From contig CATNEN010000001.1 in the NCBI GenBank assembly GCA_950097015.1, positions 7,378,001 through 7,442,000 of the forward strand: a stretch of 64,000 nucleotides of DNA, given 5' to 3'. How positions within the stretch are numbered: the stretch's first letter is position 1; each line of letters opens with the position of its first letter. The position numbers were made by a program, and so were the translations under genes. The notes beneath the pieces were generated by a model. The model was not told the DNA's origin. It worked only from the letters and a program-made list of their open reading frames with translations, and did no database searches. Origin of the DNA: Macrostomum hystrix. Its lineage: Eukaryota > Animalia > Platyhelminthes. Below, one piece after another: positions 35,993-48,286 of this stretch.

Positions 35993-37004
35993 CATATTAC
36001 GCATTACATATTTACTTATGTTTAAGTCATACGAGCGTATTATGCGATTCGCGATTCAAGAGCAATTCAAATACTTCAGCGAGAAGCACAACAAAGGCTA
36101 TTGTACACTGAAGTTGGCTAACTGGCTTCCAAAGCTTTTGAAGACGAGAAACGACGCATTGAATGGCTGTCGCGCGACTTATGCACTTATATCAAATGTG
36201 AGCTACCTCTAACGCTATGGTAGCTCTGGCCTTCCCAGATAGATCGGACTTACGTGCAAAACCTAAACGACGAACTCGAGGTAGTAATTATAGTAATTGT
36301 AGAAATTAGTAATTCGTATAAGTAATTATCAACAAAGTAAGCAATCTAAATGGTGAAAAAGACTTCGACCAGGTGTGAGACAGTGTATTTCGCGCTGTTG
36401 TGGAAATGTTTCAAGTTACAAAATTTATTAGCTAAATTTAATAATTTCTAGAACGAGAAAATTAAGAAAAGAATAAATGGCGTGAGACAAAAGCGAAAGC
36501 ATTAGACCTGGAAACAATACTTAAAAGTATGCAAAGATAGAATCGTACTGTAGGTACTGAACTGTACGCGCTGCAACAATGAAAGAATCTGGAGCTCTTT
36601 ATTAAAAAATCATATAACCTGCGCAATTAAGTAATGTTTATGATAGCTAACACACTAAAATATTGCTAATGATATAAGGACGGAAAATAACTCGCACATA
36701 ATAAAATGATTTTTTCTATTCTCAAAGCTCACAAGGGAATTTGATTCGACAGTAAGGCTCTATATAGGTAACTGCCATAATTTTATTGAATTTAAACTTT
36801 TTTGCCGCATCTTAATATCCTTGAAATGATAAATAAAAAATGTAACTTACGTTTATTTTTAAAGCCTGTTTATCGTACTACAGAAAAGGACGTTAATAGA
36901 GATATTAGCAATAATTTTTCTCAGCGAAAGATTTGGGACGTGAAAAGCGACCATATGCAAGCATTTTACTACGAAAATATTAGAATCCACTTCTTCGGTA
37001 CTAG

Positions 37005-37457
37005 TCAAAGTCGATAAATATTTGAACAATCATGCCACAGAGACATGTGCTCTCTTAATTCCGTAACACCTGCGCAAGCTGCGTGACATCTGTGACAGTG
37101 AAAATATGGCCTACGCCCACTGTTCACACCTGTATAATGATGCCTTCTGGTGCGATGAGCTGCTAATTCTACTGCGCTGGCTTGAAATCTGCCGCAAACC
37201 GGACAGCCGTAGGCTCCAGCCGAAGAGGGCCGAATCGCCAGGGTGGCAAAGACTAGCGGGTCAACTATGCACACCTGACGATGGCTGGGCATGTCACGGG
37301 GCGGTAAGCTGAGACCGCAACTATCGCACGTGATTGGCGGCGCCATAGCTAGCTTTTCAGCCGCCGCAATCACTTCAGCCGAGGCCAGAGAAGAAACCGC
37401 CAGAATTGTCATCCGAGGTGGCGGGCACGTCGGCAGCGGCTCACCAATGCTAGCCAT
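37005..37457 (-). CDS. Small C2H2 zinc-finger protein (~150 aa, single coding exon)
   Basis: CDSC..HRQVC, CPVCGR..AAHRTRRH and CHRC..LREHMSLWH. First ATG at 37457; GC-rich island. Confidence 0.7.
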   Translation of the reverse strand: MASIGEPLPTCPPPRMTILAVSSLASAEVIAAAEKLAMAPPITCDSCGLSLPPRDMPSHRQVCIVDPLVFATLAIRPSSAGAYGCPVCGRFQASAVELAAHRTRRHHYTGVNSGRRPYFHCHRCHAACAGVTELREHMSLWHDCSNIYRL

Positions 37458-40400
37458 TGCTCTTCGATTACTCTGATCTCTGTAGTTTCGATGGCAAGTC
37501 TTCCCGATTAATATTTTTATATCGTGACAGTGGCCAATCAAAATATTATAAGCAATTAACTATATTACGAACAATGAGCAAATTTATTCGATAGTATTGA
37601 CAGCGTCACGAATTTACAAAGTGCAGCTGCTTTGTAAATCTACTTTGAAGCAATAAAGTACTTTAAGAAAATAATTTTTTGGTTTTGAAATAAAAAACTT
37701 TATTCGAGCCAACACAAGTGTAAATCTGTGTAAAAATACGATACTTTTGCACATCTAAATCCAGGAAATTTTCTAGCTCATTGACACAAAATCTAACAAA
37801 ACTGCACTGAAATAATCCACTTACTGTGAGTCTATTTACTTCAGAACTCGAGACTTCCCATACAAGGAAACGTAGCTCTGAGATTGCTTAACACCGACAG
37901 AATAAATACTCACTAAACTAAAAAATGGACACGACCTAGCACACACCAAAATTAGAGATTCAGTGTAGCAGTACAATGACTCAGAAAACGATGCGTAATG
38001 TGGCACTAGCTGAGAGCCGAGGCGACGATCGACAGGAAGCATTGAGTGAGCATGGCTACCCAGAAAAAAACGAATTACCTACGAATTCTACTCGAGTGTA
38101 GACGGTAGAATCGACTATTTCAAAGCTTAACCCCTCGTTCCCATAGCTCCCTCGCTATGTACGAAAAGAGGAAGCCCTAGAATTGAAGAGACGGGATCTC
38201 CGACGAGGACATTTGGAGGCCTGCATGGCCGAAGAGGAAAATCGAGCACCCAAAAAATTCTTGCTTACTCCTTGCGTCCTTCCTACTCACATCCCTGTCT
38301 CAGCATACACACACAAACAGAGGATAGGCCACGGCATCGCATGCAGACCTCAGTAAGCAACTACTACAAGTCTGCTATAATATGACTAACTGCACAGCAC
38401 GGTGTCGGGGGAATCAAGAGCTGACGCGATGTAGTGAGGAAGTAGACTGAGAGGACAGGCCAAATTAGATTGCACCCTGGAGGCTTTCAGGAAGGGGAGG
38501 GACTCAAAGTTCCTTCTATGTTGCAGCCTTCTCTACCAGAGATTGGTGCATATAGGGGCAAAACTTGTTTAATTGCATTATCTAAATCGATTTTTTATAA
38601 CTAAAAAAGCAAAACATTACTGGTGCCAAGATTCAGTCGAGAGCAGATCGAGTACATGATGGATGAAACTATGATTGTGCGCGACAGATCCCGCTGGTCT
38701 CATAGACTAATTAGTGTTGCCGAGAACTATTCAAGTCAAATGCTTTGTACAGCTGCACGTAGATTAAGCAAAAACTAAGCCGTACAGCTATAATGTAATC
38801 TCTAGAGAAAGAGAAATAAGGGAAATGATGAGAAAGCGGAATAGTATGAAATAACCTGCGGCTGACAAGCTATAATGAAATGGGAGACTGGAGCGAAAAT
38901 TTCAAGAGGGAATGCAAAGAACTGGGGGCAAAACTGTGGGATTAGGGAGCATCGGGACGGAAATGTGATTGGATTACTAGCTAATAAAAAACAGAGGGAC
39001 CAGTTCGAGTTTATAACAGGACAAGTTTGTCGCAAAGAATTAACTAACGACTGCATGGTTGGAACTTTTAGCAGAGTGAGCCGAACAAGTTCTTAAATTT
39101 ATTTTGTACTAAGGCCCAAGTTTTACTAATCCACATATTGCTAATGACACTAATCCCTGGAAAAAAGAATAAAAACTATTTTGAAAATGTGCTTGTGGGT
39201 TTTTTATAACCTGGTAGACCGATTAGAATAACTCTGAAAGTTATTAGCATAAAACAGTTAAAATGGCAAGAAAAACTTGTCGCAAAAAAACGGTAATATT
39301 CCAAAGATACATTTTTTCATACTGCTTTGCCAAGAGCCACGTAGCTGCTACTTGGTTTATTGATTCCAAGTGGGATTTCTCAAGGTAAGACGGCTCAGAA
39401 TTCTTTGTTTCTCGCTATACAGATTCTTGAATTACTGATGCAGAGTTTTTGGGCTTCATTATACTAAGGTAGTTAACTTTTGCACACTTATTTTCTAGAT
39501 TTTTTCACGATAAATTCTTGGCTTCTCGTTTTTAGGCGAATTGGTACATAACTGGATTACGAAATTTTGACTCTATAATTATATTACTCAAGCAAATTTT
39601 GACGTCACGTGGTTGACGTATGAGTCGTTTAATCTTGTTTGCTTTCTATTGCAAAACAGAGGCACCAAAGTTAATCAATAATTACAGACCAGACTAATAG
39701 GCTTCGATTAAGAAATCTTTTTGCTGCCTGTGCCTGTCTATCTTATAATCGATTCGGAGGCCTTTTCGAAACAGCAGCCTTTTAAAGAACAAAAAGCAAC
39801 CATGTCATATTGCTACAAGCGATAATATAATGGAGATTCGAATACCAACTAAAGGCAGGAACATGTGAAATTAGTTCCTAAGATAAAGATTAAGAACGAG
39901 AGGGAGGTTTCAATATATTAAAATTCTTTTCCGATCAAGTTCACAGTATTTGAAATAGATAGATGAGATGTGATGGAGCTTTATATTAGTCTCTATGCCA
40001 TCGCCTAAGGCAAAAAGTGAGAAAGCAGCGACACAAGAGAATCGAGACCGATTTTCACCCTTCAGTCGAGAGATTTGTCAAGAATGTCAAAGAGGTGGCA
40101 TTGATTTTCTAGCCCGAATCTCCAGAGGCCGATCCTAGGAAACTTGACACACGTTCGTCTCACTTGAATGCACATCTCATGAGCAGTATCCAGCAGATTA
40201 CAGCATTGAATTTCACATGCCAGAACTGCAAAACTGGGATGCACACCGCAGATATTTTATCTAATTTTCCTTATTGGATTGGTACCCACCTAAACACACC
40301 CTCATAGTAAATCATACTCATGTATTTATCATTATCACAGATCATAAGCAGACTTCTAAGCTCCTAACCATCTAAGAACTAACTTTGTATACACAGGTTA

Positions 40401-42810
40401 TACTACACGTAAAGACTCGTAGGTCGTCGATAGTAATGGCTTAGAAGGCGGAATAAATGCAATAGAAAAGTCCAAGTTCCGTGGGCCCAGTGCGCTTTAT
40501 AATGACATTCAAGTGCAATTCAACAAGAGCTACACACCAATAGGAAGTAAAAAGACGACGGAATCGAGTACAGAAAAATTCCAATGTGAACAAAATTAGC
40601 GTATCCCTTCTAGATTACACTGTACCATCTACCAAAACAATATCATCCGCTAGCGACTTGTCCAAACAAAAAAGCGAGCTTTTTTACCAGCCAAGCAAGA
40701 TAAAATACCAAAAGCTACCCTACAAATCCCAACAAAAATGGTTGCACTAAAGAAAGATTTATTACCAATTCGCTTTACCCAAACAACTAAGATAGACAGC
40801 ATTGTCCCATACAGGTATCACTGTCTTGGCAGTTTCTAAACACTGAGAGTTTTAGTTTGATAAGCACTATGTAATCATAAGTATCCGAAATGACAAAAAT
40901 GACAAAGCTACTGAGAGGACTTGCATGGTCAAGAAAAATACTATCCAAGTTTCGACGGATGAAGGAAAGCTTGCGTGTATCAAAACCTTGCCAGACAGAC
41001 ATTACTATTCGGACTGTCAAACTTAATGTATCGAAGCAACTGGCGGCATATGAAACAGCAATAGAAAAAGGAACTGTTACATTTGATGCCAGACTGTCTT
41101 TTCATTCTCTAAACAGGTTTAAATGGCATGAAAAATATGGTGTCACTGTCTACCAAGTGAATTCAACGTACTCGAAATATAGGAAAGCGTATTTTTGCGA
41201 AATTTCAAACTTTCAAAACAATATTAGGGGTAATGTTTTATATGTCTACTTCCCTTTAAATATCCCATATCGCTTTGTACTTGAATTTAGAGATAAACGA
41301 AGCCTCGCTGGTTTACAAAGCTCCTAGGGATTTCGAAGCATAGTTTCGAAAACGTTGTCTGATAACTTGCCGCCAGACCAGGGGCTAATCACACGGACTA
41401 AAAGCCAGCCATATAGAGCGCAGATTAACCTAATCACAAACACTGTTCAGATAGCAAAGAATGCTACAGGCTCTAGACTTTTGGGATCAGATAAAAATGG
41501 GGAACTACAGGCGAACAAAATCGAATAACTTTACTCGAAAATACAAGCACATTCGATTTGTCTGCTGTCGCTAAAACAATGTCGTGCATTGCGAGCCTTA
41601 GCGCCTAACTTTCGGCAAGAATTTATAAGCAAAAGCTCATTCATTTAATAGCGCATTTCTAGAAAGTAGAAAGGAATAAAAATAATGGGTGTTTTATTTA
41701 AAATAGCATTTCTGTTAAGAAGCATTGACTCGTCTAACTCAATTAATTCTAGAGACAATCAAGTTCTTAATTGATAATATCTACACAGATATCTACGCGG
41801 ATATCAAAACATCAGTCTAGTACCAAGCTTTACTTAAAAGTCCAGCTCAATTTAAGCAAGAAAATTAACGACTGGCCTAAAATTAATAGTCTCACAGATA
41901 ACCCTACTCATAAATTGAGCACAGTCAATGATTCACAGAGGGAAAGTTTTCAATCCGGATCCTGGAATACTGAGTAGAGACCATTGTTAAATTTCTATTA
42001 TACTACCTTGCGTGACCTGATGAAAGAGATGAGAAAACCCCCGAGAGAGGAGTAAGAGCCCATAGACGGGAGCAGAACAGTTAACACAAAAACTAGTGAT
42101 CGAAAAGTACCAACTGCATAGAATTTTCGGGAGACTGCCCTGAGCTCTGCTAAAGTCAATAATTTTACTTGACGGGCTTGACCAGAAACATAGCCTCACT
42201 TAGACGTCGGCTTATATATACTTTTCAGCGCGATACTTAATATATTCAGGTTTTGATGACAAGCAGCGAATTGTCTTACAGATATACACATGCAGATAAG
42301 AAATAACCAAAGCTTGGCACACTGTTCGCAAATATCATAGGTGCATCGTGAAGGTGGCATATGTTGAATGGGCAGAAGGAAAACGCTGACAAGCAGCACA
42401 GAGGATTTTAGAAATCCCAAGAGAGTAGAGAAAGAGTAGGAGAACCGATCCATTTGCTTGTCAGTATAGAAAAGAGGAAAGAACATTTGCAGGTCTGTAT
42501 GCATGGGAAACCACTGAGGGCCAATCAAATTTGATCTGAAACACTGCGAGGCCAGAGATGGGAAAATAAAATGCAAGTGAGAAAGGCTTGTCCCGCTCTA
42601 AACCACAGCAATTCCTTATATTCTAACGGAGAGCAAGAAAGAATGTAAGTGAGAGACATTAGGCTTCGCAAAAAAGATTTTAGTCCGAAAGAACATTTCA
42701 TTGTCTTCGACGTCTCTACAAGCAATAACACAGGCAGCGAATTTTTAACCGATTGTCAATCATTAAATCAAAAAGGTAAAAATATTTGAATCCGTTAAAC
42801 CTAGCTTGCG

Positions 42811-44193
42811 ATGACAATGTACAACACAACAACTGTAAAAAATTCGACGGAGCTAAAGCACAGTGAAGAACACATGGTACTTGACATGACACTACTGATC
42901 GTTCTTTCCATAGTTGGCGTTTTCGGTAATACTCTCATTATAATTTGCGTCATTGTTTACAAAAAGATGAAGAACGTCACGTCACTGTTTGTTGCGAACC
43001 TCGCTGCAGCGGATCTTCTTCTTGCTGGCCTAGTAGCACCCGGTTCTATTCGTGTTCTATGGCACCAACCAGGCATGCCAGATAGTCCATGGTGCAAACT
43101 CTTTGGAATTGCTTTGTTCTTTAGCTGCGCCGCCACAGTCAACTTCAGTGCACTAATAGCGCTCACACGCTACATAGTCATTTGTAAGTCGCACATGGTA
43201 GTGAATCTTTTCAGACACAAACGCAGCGCATTTTGGTGCATTGGGCTCTGGACGTACAGCGTGATGCAAGTAGCGATGCCTTCCATTACCCAGCTATTTC
43301 AATACAACTACAATCCAGTGATCGATGTGTGTCACCTGAACTATACTAAGCATCCAGTTGCGATAGCTGTGTACATCAACTGTTTGTGCTTCTTGCCTTG
43401 CGTTGTAATCTGTATCGCCTGCTATGCGCTAATATTTGTCGTACTCAGACGAACGAGAAAAAACCTGCAGAAACACATGGGTTCGGCAAGCACCGCATTT
43501 CTAGCTAAAAAGCTGAGCCGTGAGAGACGCGCAACCCTGCCGCTATTTATCTCGCTAGTGTCATTTTTCGTACACTGGCTACCAGTAATGATTCTATTTG
43601 GAGTGGACTCGAACTTTCAAAAGTACAATCCTCAGATTCATCGCTATCTGGGCATATTTAGCATATCGAGTGCCTGCGACAATTGGATTATTTATGGAAT
43701 TCTCAACCGCAATTTTGCGAACGGCTATCGATTAGTACTATGCTATTGGCGTCGTCTTTGGGTGGCACAACCGACCGGGAGCGGTGATAACAGACAGTCT
43801 CGACGAGTGAGCAAGGCCAACTCCCGCCAACCGTCAGATCCCGCGCATCAGAGCGGCAGCCATTATCACCATCATCATCAGCTGGCTATACCATTAGTAA
43901 GCGAAGAAGACTTCGATGATTTAAGAGGACACAATGAAGCGCACGTAGAAGAATTTAACAATGCTTGTTCTTCGTCATCCAACTCCGATTCCGATTCTGA
44001 TGCCGGAGCTGAGGACGAGTTTCAGAGAATTAACAGTCGATGCTGCAAGCGCCAGGCTTTACAACAACAGCAGCAACTGAGTCTGCGAGTGCAAAGGGAT
44101 GGTAACAGCAATACGCAGAGTTTTGAGCTGACGCCGGTGCATCAGTCATTAGTACCGCCAACATCTATTGAAGACGACGAAGACCACAATTAA
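42811..44193 (+). CDS. Class A (rhodopsin-like) GPCR, melatonin-receptor-like, intronless
   Basis: 460 aa with 7 hydrophobic segments: GNTLII (TM1), NLAAADLL (TM2), WC..TRYIVIC (TM3), HWLP (TM6), DNWIIYGILNRNF (TM7). Long acidic/His/Gln-rich tail. Confidence 0.9.
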   Translation: MTMYNTTTVKNSTELKHSEEHMVLDMTLLIVLSIVGVFGNTLIIICVIVYKKMKNVTSLFVANLAAADLLLAGLVAPGSIRVLWHQPGMPDSPWCKLFGIALFFSCAATVNFSALIALTRYIVICKSHMVVNLFRHKRSAFWCIGLWTYSVMQVAMPSITQLFQYNYNPVIDVCHLNYTKHPVAIAVYINCLCFLPCVVICIACYALIFVVLRRTRKNLQKHMGSASTAFLAKKLSRERRATLPLFISLVSFFVHWLPVMILFGVDSNFQKYNPQIHRYLGIFSISSACDNWIIYGILNRNFANGYRLVLCYWRRLWVAQPTGSGDNRQSRRVSKANSRQPSDPAHQSGSHYHHHHQLAIPLVSEEDFDDLRGHNEAHVEEFNNACSSSSNSDSDSDAGAEDEFQRINSRCCKRQALQQQQQLSLRVQRDGNSNTQSFELTPVHQSLVPPTSIEDDEDHN

Positions 44194-47100
44194 ATTAAGA
44201 CGGACTATGAGACAGTCAAAGCAATCTTCATAATTTCACTTAGTAAAAAGGTAAATTAACACACAATTGTTAAAAAGGACTATTTTTAAGTGTCGTGTCG
44301 TACTGTGCAACTATTCGTAAGGAAAGTTTACGAGCTTTAAAGCCCTAGATGTTGATCTTGTCACAAAACACTAGCTAAACCCCATTCGTGTCGCGTTTGG
44401 ATACAATTAAAATAAAAAGCTCATTCACCTAAAAATACTATTTTGATCTATGGCTCTTTATATTAAGTGTCGCCATTGTGAAATCATTGCATAGAATGAG
44501 TCAACATTTTTATCAAGATAAGCTTTCTTACTTGATTGATGTGAAGTCTATTTAACATAAATGCACTGCACAATCTTAAGGGTTATTATTTGTCATTAAA
44601 CAATACTTAATTGACAACGGAGTTGTAAAAGTTGGTTTTTTTAGATTGTTGGTCTACAGGCACAGAAAATATTTAACAGTGCAGTGGATTCGCTAAGATT
44701 TGGTCAAGAAATAAAGATAGGAAAAAATAATATAGGAACAAAACAAATAAATGTCAATAAGAAGGACGACTCATACTCGCTAGTACATTCAAAAGATCTC
44801 CTGCACACAGTAGAAAATCGATTAGAGACGTTTGATGAGGTATGAGAAGAATGACTTTGTATAAACAAGCAGGCAAAGTTTCTGACCGATTCTCATTTTG
44901 TTGCTGCTAAGTCAGAAAGAACAAGAAAATGCTTGACACGGAGAAGGGAAAATGATAATGAATCTAAGTCTGCACTGCATAAGAAGAGAAACTAACTAAA
45001 AATCAAGACACAAGAGCCCAAGTACAGTTCAGTTTAGTGAAATCTTAGAAAGGAATATGCATTATAGTCGCTACTAATCTAAAACTAAAGCAGCTTTCCT
45101 TCACAATGAAGTACAGAAACTTAAGAACTGTAGACATAGGAGAATAAAAAACTGTAAAACTGAAACTTAATCACAAGTATAAAGTATAACTGTCGATAGA
45201 GAGTTAAATACATGTATTACTCGACAACACTACTATAAGTAGTGTAAAAAGTAAAGTCAACCATAAGAGATAGACATAGATATATTGAAAAGCACGAAAG
45301 TAAAAAAATGATATTTTATTGTTTGCTTTATAAGATATGGCATTAAAATATATTTGGAAATCAGGCAAGCAGGAACAGGAAACAATTAAAACGACAGGTG
45401 TTAAAAATGACAAGGAGGAACTTCTTTATTTCTAGAGAAGAGAGCACCCAAAATGTAGTGATATGAAAATGCAAAATAAGAACAGTTGCCCAATTTCTAC
45501 TCATTTAAACCAAATTCTTAGTGAGAAAGCATTATAGATAAGTAAACTTGAAACATGAAATGACAAGAAATTTAGAAATTGTTATTTGTAATAATATCCA
45601 TTGGGCCTTTGATTTGTTGAATAATAAAATGTTATTAGTGTGCTTTTTTATAATTAAGCCAACCAATGAAAAAATTTATAGAATGTAGTTGTAAATTTTC
45701 AAAATTCAAAAAATTGATTTTGTAACCTAGATAAAAAATTGATATTTTAACCTTTCAAAACAGTATCTATAATTATTTTATATCCTTAAAAGATTCTAAA
45801 ATCACTTGAAATTTAATACTATCATTGAAATAGCTAATAATAAATAAATAAAGTGGCTAGTTCAGCTAGTATGAACTTTTACCCAAAAACTTTTTCTCAA
45901 AAGCAACAAAAAAGGCACTCATTTAAACTAGCTTTAACATAACAGATTTTGAAGTCCAAAGCAGCTATGCAAAGCTAGTCCTATTGAACTAAAATGCTAA
46001 GAAATATATATTCTTAATCTTCATCTTAGATGAATGAATTTAAGGCATGCCTAGCTAGCTATCAAAACAAAAAGTACAAACACATCCAAACAAAAAAGCT
46101 AGTTGCCTAGCCTAGTGTGCTAAATGAAATATGTTAAATGAACAATACATTGCTATATTTAGCTTATGTAGCTAGTGAGTGGCTGCTGCATAACTATCAT
46201 AACTTGGTTCAGCTGGTGAGCCATCTACAAAATTAATTTGGGCTAGGCAGGCATACTCTGAGGTTTGGATAGGCCTACAAACAAAGACCTATCTATCTAT
46301 TTTGTGCATGCATAATTATTGCATAATTATAAAATAGAAAACAGAAAATAAGAATTTCATAGCTAAAGCACTTGAAGCCCAAAAATGAATAGTAAAATCA
46401 ATAAGTCAAATAGCTCTGAAAGGTTAAGTGATAGGCCTAGTTCTAATTCGGATGAATGCCGTACAAAGTAGAAGCAACGAAAATAACATTGTAACACGTT
46501 TACAGAACGAACAAAGCTATTGGTTTTTGTCTTGTTGGCGTAAAGGGAATTTAACAGGCTGTTTTAAACCTAAAAGATACATCCACAACTGGGCCTGGAC
46601 TGTTGTTGGTTATAAAATCGATCGGAAGATTCGGATCGGAATCATGCTTGAAAAGTATTTGAAAGCAAAATTAGTCTAAGCAGAAAAACAAGGAAAATGT
46701 CATAAAAGTTAAATTAGTTAGTGCTTATTACTTTGTCTTTCGTAAGAGTTACCGAATCATATTTACTAAAAATTAAATGTCTGATTGTTTTTTATTTATT
46801 CTTTTCTTTTTTCGCTATTGGATCTGTGCTTATTCAGAAGGAAAAAGCGCTTTCGCGCAGCATTTTCGACTTTCCAACAATAATAATGTCGTGGCAGACT
46901 GGAACGTTCACATCACGCCTGTTAATCGGCCCTCACCAATACGTTACGAGGTGCAGCCTTTATTACGATCGCCAAGTTGAAGAAGACACTGCTCGACTTG
47001 GCTGACTCACCTAGTGACCGGCCCAGTTTCTTTCATCATGCAGATATCTAGCTTGTTATGCCAATCCTGCATTCTGCTATAATTTGCGTTGCCGGAAAAT

Positions 47101-47574
47101 TTCCCAGGGACTTCCCAAGGGTCAATTTCAAGGCCTATCTATCAATAAGTATCTCCCAACTCATGGGTGGATTCACCATCACAAAGAAGCGTATCACGCA
47201 AGACGTGATCGATTTCTGTATAGATCCAACTCACCAACTGGGAACTTTAGTTATTCGATATCTTAAAAATAAAATGTTGTTGCTGTCCCACATTATACAG
47301 AAAACCATGACATCTAAACGAATTTTCATTTTGGAAAGCTAAAATTTGCAGCAGGCAGAGCCCATGCAGGAGCGTTGTCCCGCTGAAGATCAAATATCGC
47401 TTACCATGAGCGCGGCCGTCCCCACTTTCTGCATGCGTGATGCCCACTGATCCTGATCTTTTAGCGATCGATACTTTTCACTACTTTAAGTATTTAAGCA
47501 AGCTTTTTTAGTAGTTGGTACACTCGATTTTACAACTTACGTAAGATAAAACCGATTCATCTAGAAATGCACCT

Positions 47575-47959
47575 CTGTTTTCCAAAAACATCCCGAATAT
47601 AACATGCAAAAGTTTCGCATATTTATCCTGCGATAACATGTTACCGTGTTACAGTTGCATTATAATTTATTATAAATTATAAATTATGTCATTTTATATT
47701 AATGAATACTTTAAGTTTCAGCGGCCTGAAATATAAGTCTAAATACTATAGAAATGCAAAACTATAACAATTAGACATACATCACAGGACCTGCAAAGTA
47801 ACACTGACATGTAGTAACAATAAGCTAGTTACAATTTATACGTTTGCTTTCACGATTTACTTTCATAGAAGCTCGAATTCTGTAACACGGTAACATGTTA
47901 GCGCAGGGTAAATATGCGAAACCTTTGCATGTTATATTCGGTATGTTTTTGGAAAACAG
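47575..47959. mobile_element. MITE-like element with ~78-bp terminal inverted repeats
   Basis: CTGTTTTCCAAAAACAT..TAACATGTTACCGTGTTACAG (47575-47653) is inverted at 47880-47959. No clear TSD. Confidence 0.8.
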
Positions 47960-48286
47960 CTCTCAGAAATGAGGGCTTGCAGCGAATTTCTAAAAGTTTC
48001 AGTTAGAAAGAATTCAGTAATTTAATTTATTTGTTTGACAGTAAAACGCATTTCAACATTTCCAAAAGAAATCTTGCCTTGCTTTCTGGACAATAGAAAA
48101 ATTCAAGTGCATAATTTATAGAACAAGCTTTTGCGACAAAATATAGAGTTTATCTAATTCAATGGCGCAGTGTTTGAAACGTAAAATAATGTATGAACTG
48201 GGAGACAATTGTTAACGGGCTAACTGATTTTAGGCTTCAGGCCTTTCAATTAATTAAGTAAACGCTGCATCTATTTACAATCGCCA

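Noticed and set aside
38200-38730. Possible decayed RTE-like LINE 3' end
   Set aside because: Only a vague resemblance with multiple stops; cannot be supported without alignment.
40890-41327. 145-aa ORF
   Set aside because: AT-rich, with no recognisable motif or supporting splice structure.
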